This document shows, piece after piece, positions 5,968 through 11,645 of a stretch of 11,645 nt of DNA. The stretch lies in NCBI GenBank assembly GCA_020725385.1, contig DYFC01000068.1, positions 1-11,645 on the forward strand, in the 5' to 3' direction. This stretch comes from Nitrospira japonica. Lineage in GTDB: Bacteria > Nitrospirota > Thermodesulfovibrionia > Thermodesulfovibrionales > SM23-35. The position numbers were made by a program, and so were the translations under genes. Each line of letters opens with the position of its first letter. Within the stretch, counting starts at the first letter, position 1. A model generated the notes under the pieces. It made no database searches. It saw nothing but the letters and a program-made list of their open reading frames with translations, and was not told where the DNA came from.

Positions 5968-7569
5968 ATGTATAAAGAATTTTTTGGATTAAAAGAAATG
6001 CCTTTTTCGATTGCTCCTGATCCACGTTTTCTTTATCTTAGTGAAAATCATAGAGAAGCTCTTGCTCATTTGCACTACGGCATAAATAGTGAAGGTGGTT
6101 TTGTGTTACTCACAGGTGAGGTCGGAACAGGAAAAACCACAGTATGCAGATGCCTTCTTGAACAATTGCCTGAAAATACAGATATCGCATTTATTTATAA
6201 TCCGAAGCTTACAGTAGATGAATTGCTTGCATCAATTTGTGATGAATTACGTATTCAATATCCTGAAGGCAACAAAAGCATAAAAATTTTTATAGATTCT
6301 ATTAATTCATATTTGCTTGATAATTTTGCACATGGAAGAAAAACTGTTTTAATCCTTGAGGAAGCACAGAATTTAAGCACAGATGTGCTCGAAGAAATAA
6401 GACTGCTTACAAATCTTGAGACAAATCGCCAGAAACTTCTTCAGATTATTATGGTTGGTCAGCCCGAGCTTAGAGATGTACTTTCAAAGCCAGAACTTCG
6501 TCAGCTATCTCAAAGGATAACAGCCCGTTATCATATAAATGCTCTATCAGAAAAGGAAGTAGGTTATTATATTGCTTATCGTCTCGAAGCTGCAGGAGCG
6601 AATTCGGTTATTTTCCCTGATAATCTAATTAAACTTATATACAAACTTAGTAAAGGAATTCCCAGATTGATTAATCTTATCTGTGATAGGGCAATGCTCG
6701 GGGCGTATACAGAAAGTAAAAAAGTAGTTGACAGAAAAATATTAATGAAGGCAGTTCGTGAAATAGCAGGATATAATACAGAAAGAAGTTTTAGAATAAA
6801 GATGCCATGGATTGCCGCAGGCATTTTTTTAGTTATGATTTTTACAGTATCAGCAATTCCATATTTTTACAATGACTATAAAATAAAAAATAATGTTAGG
6901 AAAACTTTATTACCAGAAACTGCAAAAATTCAGATACAGGAACCATTAAAAATTGAAACAATTGGTATATTGCCATCTGAATTACTTGAAAATTCAAAAG
7001 AAAAAGCGTTCGATTCAATGTTAAAGGAGTGGAATGTTCCTGTGGATTCAAAAAATAATGGTAATATTTGTAATTATATAAATAAATATGGTCTAAGATG
7101 TCTTAGTGGTTCAGGAGATTTCCAGAGATTATTAAAATTTAATAGACCTGCTGTGATGAAAATGTACCTTGAAAATGGAAAGACATATTATCTATTTCTC
7201 AAATCCGTAAAGGACAATATTGCTCTTGTAATTATTGGTGATGTGCTTAAAAGAGTAGAAACAAAAGAACTCATGAAACGTTTTAGCAGTGAATATACTA
7301 TTTTCTGGAGAACTCCTTATGGATATAATGACATTATTCAGCCAAACTACAAAACACCTGTTACAGCATGGCTTGATTCTAAATTATCTACAATAAATAA
7401 AAGAAATCCATATAATAAGAAAGATAATGTTTATGATAGTAAGCTTGTAGCTGAAGTTAAACAATTTCAATCTTCAAGAGGTATACCGGCAGTTGGTATG
7501 ATCGGTCCCCGAACTATAATTCAGATAAATAACGAGACAGGTAGTGATGAACCAAAAATAATTAAATAA
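5968..7569 (+). CDS. exeA: ExeA/GspA family AAA ATPase with TM helix, periplasmic C39-like region and C-terminal peptidoglycan-binding domain
   Basis: 'MY.EFFGLKE.PFSIAPDPRFLYLS..HREALAHL.YG', Walker A GEVGTGKT, Walker B LILEEAQ, 'RLLTNLET', 'GQPEL', 'GIPRLINLICDRA', TM aa ~280-300, 'VKQFQSSRGI...G.IGPRT'. Confidence 0.92.
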   Translation: MYKEFFGLKEMPFSIAPDPRFLYLSENHREALAHLHYGINSEGGFVLLTGEVGTGKTTVCRCLLEQLPENTDIAFIYNPKLTVDELLASICDELRIQYPEGNKSIKIFIDSINSYLLDNFAHGRKTVLILEEAQNLSTDVLEEIRLLTNLETNRQKLLQIIMVGQPELRDVLSKPELRQLSQRITARYHINALSEKEVGYYIAYRLEAAGANSVIFPDNLIKLIYKLSKGIPRLINLICDRAMLGAYTESKKVVDRKILMKAVREIAGYNTERSFRIKMPWIAAGIFLVMIFTVSAIPYFYNDYKIKNNVRKTLLPETAKIQIQEPLKIETIGILPSELLENSKEKAFDSMLKEWNVPVDSKNNGNICNYINKYGLRCLSGSGDFQRLLKFNRPAVMKMYLENGKTYYLFLKSVKDNIALVIIGDVLKRVETKELMKRFSSEYTIFWRTPYGYNDIIQPNYKTPVTAWLDSKLSTINKRNPYNKKDNVYDSKLVAEVKQFQSSRGIPAVGMIGPRTIIQINNETGSDEPKIIK

Positions 7570-7580
7570 AGAGGTAAAGC

Positions 7581-8363
7581 ATGTCTTATATACTTGATGC
7601 TTTAAAAAAATCCGAAAAAGAGAGAATGCGTAAAAGTGCTCCTGATATTTTAAGTGTTCAGGAAACAATATTGCATGAAAAGAAAAAAAGAAATATATGG
7701 AAATATTTAATAATTATAGCTCTATTCGCAAATGTATTCATTTTGGGCTACTGGTTATTTTATTCAGGATATAATAAGGATTTTTTAAAGAATAATGATT
7801 CGAAAAGTCATAAAACAATTGATATTAATAATCAAAAAGTAGGCCAGCTTGCCGGGGAAAATATTAATGAAGTGAATTCAACAAAGCAAATTGTCTCTAA
7901 TGATATGCCTTCTCCCACTACAGATAAGAAAATGAATATTATTGATAAGAATATTTCAACCCGAAGCACTGAATCAGAACATAAACCAGAAAATGCCCAA
8001 TCACAAAGCATGAAATCTAAAAAGAAAGAAAGCAATAAAACATACAATAAAGAAAATTCACCAAATAATGAAAAATCTTTTACTCATAATTTGTTACCAT
8101 TAAATAAAGAACCTGTCCCGGATGTGAATAAATTATATTCAATAAATGAATTACCTTCATCTGTAAAAGATTCTCTCCCGCCAATTAATATGACTATATT
8201 CATGTATTCTGATGACCCGGCTTCAAGAATGGTAAGAATAAACGGACAGACATTAAGAGAAGGCCAGAATATCTCAGAAGGAGTAAGACTTGAAGAAATA
8301 AAGGCTGATGGAATTATTGTTAGTTATAAAAATTATAAGATGCATATTGGACAGAAACAATAA
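7581..8363 (+). CDS. exeB: ExeB/GspB type II secretion accessory protein
   Basis: Family N-terminus 'MSYILDALKKSEKER', one TM helix, polar linker, C-terminal 'YSDDPASRMVRING..LREG.....GV.LEEI'; directly follows exeA; SD GAGGT. Confidence 0.88.
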   Translation: MSYILDALKKSEKERMRKSAPDILSVQETILHEKKKRNIWKYLIIIALFANVFILGYWLFYSGYNKDFLKNNDSKSHKTIDINNQKVGQLAGENINEVNSTKQIVSNDMPSPTTDKKMNIIDKNISTRSTESEHKPENAQSQSMKSKKKESNKTYNKENSPNNEKSFTHNLLPLNKEPVPDVNKLYSINELPSSVKDSLPPINMTIFMYSDDPASRMVRINGQTLREGQNISEGVRLEEIKADGIIVSYKNYKMHIGQKQ

Positions 8364-8382
8364 TAAAAGTCTTTCCCATTTC

Positions 8383-8412
8383 TTTACATCTCAAAGTTTA
8401 TAATCGTATAAT
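8383..8412 (+). promoter_or_regulatory. Candidate sigma70 promoter for etfB-etfA-fabD
   Basis: TTTACA (8383-8388), 18-nt spacer, TATAAT (8407-8412); a second TATAAT at 8399-8404. Region is AT-rich, so chance matches are possible. Confidence 0.5.
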
Positions 8413-8531
8413 ATTAGGTTATTGCAAACAATTGATAATTTATTAAGATAATAAGCAAATAGCAAATATCTAAAAGCTAAGAGAAAAAAGGTTAAAAATT
8501 GATACAATTTTGTTGAGAGGTAAAATTGATT

Positions 8532-9314
8532 ATGAGAATAATTGTATGTATTAAGCAGGTTCCGGATACTGCTGAAGTAAGGATAAATCCGGAAACAGGC
8601 ACTCTTATTAGAGAAGGTGTGCCAAGCATAATTAATCCACTTGATATGCATGCGATTGAAGCAGGTTTGCAAATTAAAGAAAAAATAGGTGGTAAAGTTA
8701 CGGTTATTTCCATGGGACCTCCACAAGCAGAATCAGCACTCCGGGAAGCAGTTGCAATGGGAGCAGATGAAGCAGTTCTTATTACTGATAAAACATTTGC
8801 AGGTTCTGACACATGGGCAACTTCTTATGCTTTATCTATGGCAATTAAGAAAATAGGTGCTGATATTATAATTTGTGGCAAGCAGGCAATAGATGGAGAT
8901 ACAGCCCAGGTAGGTCCGGAAACAGCAGAATTTCTAAATATCCCTCATATATCATATGTCAGAAAAATCGAAAATATTGAAAAAGACTTGATTAAAGTTC
9001 AAAGACTTATGGATGAAGGCTATGATATTGTTGAATCATCACTGCCTGTACTTATAACTGTCATCAAAGAACTGAATGAGCCAAGATTGCCTTCGTTGAA
9101 AGGGAAGATGGCAGCGAAAAAAGCTGTTATTCAAAAATGGAGCGCCCAGGATATAGGAGTTTCTGAAAATGATGCAGGAATAAAAGGTTCTCCAACACAG
9201 GTAAAAAATGTTTTTACTCCTCAGGCAAGAAATGACAGAAAAATACTTGAAGGCACACCTGAACAACAAGTAGATGCTTTAATTATGGAACTCAGGGGGT
9301 TGAAATGTCTGTAA
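8532..9314 (+). CDS. etfB: Electron transfer flavoprotein beta subunit (FixA family)
   Basis: 'IIVCIKQVPDT', 'INPLD..AIEA', 'SMGPPQA', 'FAGSDTWATS', 'CGKQAIDGDTAQVGP', 'NEPRLPS', 'GSPTQV'. Start ATG 8532 or TTG 8526; SD GAGAGG 8515-8520. Confidence 0.95.
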   Translation: MRIIVCIKQVPDTAEVRINPETGTLIREGVPSIINPLDMHAIEAGLQIKEKIGGKVTVISMGPPQAESALREAVAMGADEAVLITDKTFAGSDTWATSYALSMAIKKIGADIIICGKQAIDGDTAQVGPETAEFLNIPHISYVRKIENIEKDLIKVQRLMDEGYDIVESSLPVLITVIKELNEPRLPSLKGKMAAKKAVIQKWSAQDIGVSENDAGIKGSPTQVKNVFTPQARNDRKILEGTPEQQVDALIMELRGLKCL

Positions 9315-10498
9315 AAGTAAATATCCAAAAATGTAATAGTTGTGAAGAATGTATCAAATCCTGTCCTTTTGATGCTATTGAAATGAAAGAAGGTAAAGCT
9401 TTTATAAATGAATACTGTCAGCTTTGTATGACATGTATTAATGTCTGCCCTGAAGGTGCAATTTATGAAGAAACAGAAGGCACTCAGACTAACGAACAAA
9501 GACCATTGGATTATAAAGGTGTATGGGTATTTGCCGAACATAGAGAAGGAAAGGTTGCACATGTTGCTTATGAATTGCTTGGTATTGGAAGGACACTCGC
9601 AGATGATTTAAATGTAGAACTTTGCGCTGTTCTTCTTGGTGCATCAGAAAATGAGGCTCAGGAATTAATAAAATGGGGAGCTGAAAAAGTATATCATGCA
9701 AAAGATAATATTTTTAATACATTTAATGATGAACCTTATTCGAAGATTCTTACAAGGCTTATTGCTAAAAATAAACCAGAAATTATCCTTTGCGGAGCAA
9801 CTCCCTTAGGTCGTTCATTTATTCCGCGTGTAGCAGCTCGTCTTAGAACAGGATTAACAGCAGATTGTACCTCTTTAAAAATAGATAAGGAAACACGTAA
9901 TTTATTGCAAATCAGGCCTGCTTTTGGTGGAAATATAATGGCAACGATTGTCTGTCCTAACAAAAGACCTCAAATGGCTACAGTTAGACCAAGAGTTATG
10001 AAACCCGGAGTGTATAATCCTGACAGAAAAGGTGAAATTATTGATGTACCTTCTGATAATTTGTCCTCGCGTACCAAAGTAATTGAAACTGTTAAGGAAG
10101 GAACAGGATGCTTTGTGAATCTTCAAGAAGCTGAAATTATTGTCTCAGGTGGAAGAGGGCTTGGAGATGCAAAAGGATTTAAACTTATTCAGGAACTTGC
10201 CGAAGTACTTGGTGGAGCTGTTGGTTCATCACGGGCTGCTGTTGATGCAGGCTGGATACCTTACAGACATCAGGTTGGTCAGACAGGAAAGACCGTATGT
10301 CCTAAAATTTACATAGCATGTGGAATATCAGGTGCAGTGCAACATCTCGTTGGAATGCAATCTTCAGATATAATAATAGCTATTAACAAGAATCCTGATG
10401 CTCCAATATTCAATGTAGCAACATATGGTATTGTTGGCGATCTTTATGAAATCATACCTTTACTCATAAAAAAGATAAAAGAAAATAAGGGAATGTAG
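9305..10498 (+). CDS. etfA: Electron transfer flavoprotein alpha subunit with N-terminal 2[4Fe-4S] ferredoxin domain
   Basis: CNSCEECIKSCP and CQLCMTCINVCP; 'GLTADCT', 'RPAFGGNIMATI', 'VSGGRG', 'SRAAVDAGW', 'QVGQTGK', 'GISGAVQH'. Overlaps etfB by 10 nt. Confidence 0.95.
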   Translation: MSVKVNIQKCNSCEECIKSCPFDAIEMKEGKAFINEYCQLCMTCINVCPEGAIYEETEGTQTNEQRPLDYKGVWVFAEHREGKVAHVAYELLGIGRTLADDLNVELCAVLLGASENEAQELIKWGAEKVYHAKDNIFNTFNDEPYSKILTRLIAKNKPEIILCGATPLGRSFIPRVAARLRTGLTADCTSLKIDKETRNLLQIRPAFGGNIMATIVCPNKRPQMATVRPRVMKPGVYNPDRKGEIIDVPSDNLSSRTKVIETVKEGTGCFVNLQEAEIIVSGGRGLGDAKGFKLIQELAEVLGGAVGSSRAAVDAGWIPYRHQVGQTGKTVCPKIYIACGISGAVQHLVGMQSSDIIIAINKNPDAPIFNVATYGIVGDLYEIIPLLIKKIKENKGM

Positions 10499-11422
10499 AT
10501 GAAATTAGCTTTTGTATTTCCCGGCCAGGGCTCACAGTATGTTGGAATGGGAAAAGAGATCTATGAAAATTTTGATTTTGCAAAGGAAATTTTTAAAGAT
10601 GCTACAGAAGTGCTTGGATACGATGTTTCAAATCTTTGTTTTAACGGTCCTGTAGAAGAACTAAATAAAACTTTCAAGACTCAACCTTGCATCCTCACAG
10701 TAAGTATAGCTATCCTAAAAGTAATTGAAGAAAAAGGAATCAGACCATCTGTTGTTGCAGGACATAGTCTTGGTGAATATTCTGCTCTTGTAGCTGCTGG
10801 CGTTATGTCATTTAAAGAAGCTGTTAGACTTACAGAAAAAAGAGGGCAGCTAATGCAGGAAGCTGTGCCTGAAGGTAAAGGATTAATGGCAGCGATACTT
10901 GGACTTGAAAGAGTAAAAGTTGGAGAGATATGTGCATCTCTAAAATCAGGGTATGCTGCTCCAGCAAACTATAATTGCCCTGGTCAGATAGTTATAGCAG
11001 GCGAAAAAATTGCAGTTGAAGAAGCTATTGAATTATGTAAAAATGCCGGTGCAAAACGTGCTGTGGCGCTTTCAGTAAGCGTCCCTTCACATTGTAAATT
11101 AATGGAGAAGGCGTCAAAAAAGCTCGGTGAATTACTTAATAAAATAGAATTTAAAGACCCTATTATACCAATTGTAAATAACGCTGATGCCAGATTCCTT
11201 TATAAAGCAGAAGAAATCAAATCTTCACTTATCTGCCAGCTTAATAATCCTTTACTTTGGGAAGATTCAATAAAAGCTATTGAAAATTCTGGTATAAATA
11301 TGTTTATAGAAGTAGGTCCCAGCAAGGTGCTCTCAGGATTAATTAAACGCATATCTCCAGAATTAAAAATTCTGAATGTCGAAGATACAAAAACATTAAA
11401 CAGCGTTCTTCCCTTATTATAG
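10499..11422 (+). CDS. fabD: Malonyl-CoA:ACP transacylase
   Basis: 'FPGQGSQ', 'TQP', catalytic 'GHSLGEY', 'RG.LMQ', 'ANYN.PGQIV', 'VSVPSHC.LM', 'EVGP.KVL.GL'. Confidence 0.96.
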   Translation: MKLAFVFPGQGSQYVGMGKEIYENFDFAKEIFKDATEVLGYDVSNLCFNGPVEELNKTFKTQPCILTVSIAILKVIEEKGIRPSVVAGHSLGEYSALVAAGVMSFKEAVRLTEKRGQLMQEAVPEGKGLMAAILGLERVKVGEICASLKSGYAAPANYNCPGQIVIAGEKIAVEEAIELCKNAGAKRAVALSVSVPSHCKLMEKASKKLGELLNKIEFKDPIIPIVNNADARFLYKAEEIKSSLICQLNNPLLWEDSIKAIENSGINMFIEVGPSKVLSGLIKRISPELKILNVEDTKTLNSVLPLL

Positions 11423-11461
11423 AATCAATAAAATAATGCGGTAATAATAGAAAAATTAAAT

Positions 11462-11495
11462 TTAAGAGGACGAAATTAATATTTCGCCCTCTTAA
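11462..11495. terminator. Intrinsic terminator-like hairpin, probably bidirectional and stronger on the - strand
   Basis: TTAAGAGGACGAAAT(11462-11476)-TAAT-ATTTCGCCCTCTTAA(11481-11495): 14/15 pairs; the mismatch is G-U on the - strand, where a U-rich run follows. Confidence 0.8.
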
Positions 11496-11645
11496 TAAAT
11501 CAGTTTAACCCGAAAAATGCAGTTAAAAAAGGCAGACCTGTAGAAGCAAGCCTATCAAGGAGATTCAATATATAATTGAAGTGATAGCCAATATTTATGC
11601 TGTTTTTAAATCACCTCCTCTCTGAAATATCTTATCTTCATCCAA

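Noticed and set aside
5968-6780. ExeA AAA domain as a transposon ATPase (TniB/TnsC/IstB-like)
   Set aside because: It has a TM helix and PG-binding domain and pairs with exeB; no transposase or terminal repeats.
5321-8047. Minus-strand ORFs 5321-5524, 6576-6824, 7474-7668, 7832-8047
   Set aside because: Antisense shadows of kinase, exeA and exeB.
7770-8100. Low-complexity N/K/S-rich stretch in ExeB
   Set aside because: Expected variable periplasmic linker of GspB; no nucleotide repeat.
8454-8467. Tandem AGCAAAT x2
   Set aside because: Too short to distinguish from chance in AT-rich DNA.
8391-10126. ORFs 8391-8726, 8492-8812, 9039-9269, 9221-9562, 9489-9701, 9736-9963, 9902-10126
   Set aside because: Antisense to highly conserved etfB/etfA; no independent coding evidence.

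Overview
AT-rich bacterial chromosomal window; gene content suggests an anaerobe such as Nitrospirota (Thermodesulfovibrionia) or Desulfobacterota, but that is inference only. Left to right: SRPBCC protein and cyclophilin-like (TM1367-type) protein (+); an animal-type single-chain transketolase (-); an RRM RNA-binding protein-rpsU pair with a near-consensus sigma70 promoter and a terminator-like hairpin in its leader (+); an 80-aa hypothetical (-); a tightly coupled three-gene unit (+) of a soluble PilZ-cNMP-Ser/Thr kinase, exeA/gspA and exeB/gspB; and etfB, ferredoxin-fused etfA and fabD (+), ending in a strong hairpin. No rRNA, tRNA, CRISPR array or mobile element was seen. The best candidate for an undescribed system is the non-RD Hanks kinase carrying both a c-di-GMP-type and a cAMP/cGMP-type sensor, encoded 2 nt upstream of a stand-alone ExeAB secretin-assembly module whose ATPase has a variant Walker B.
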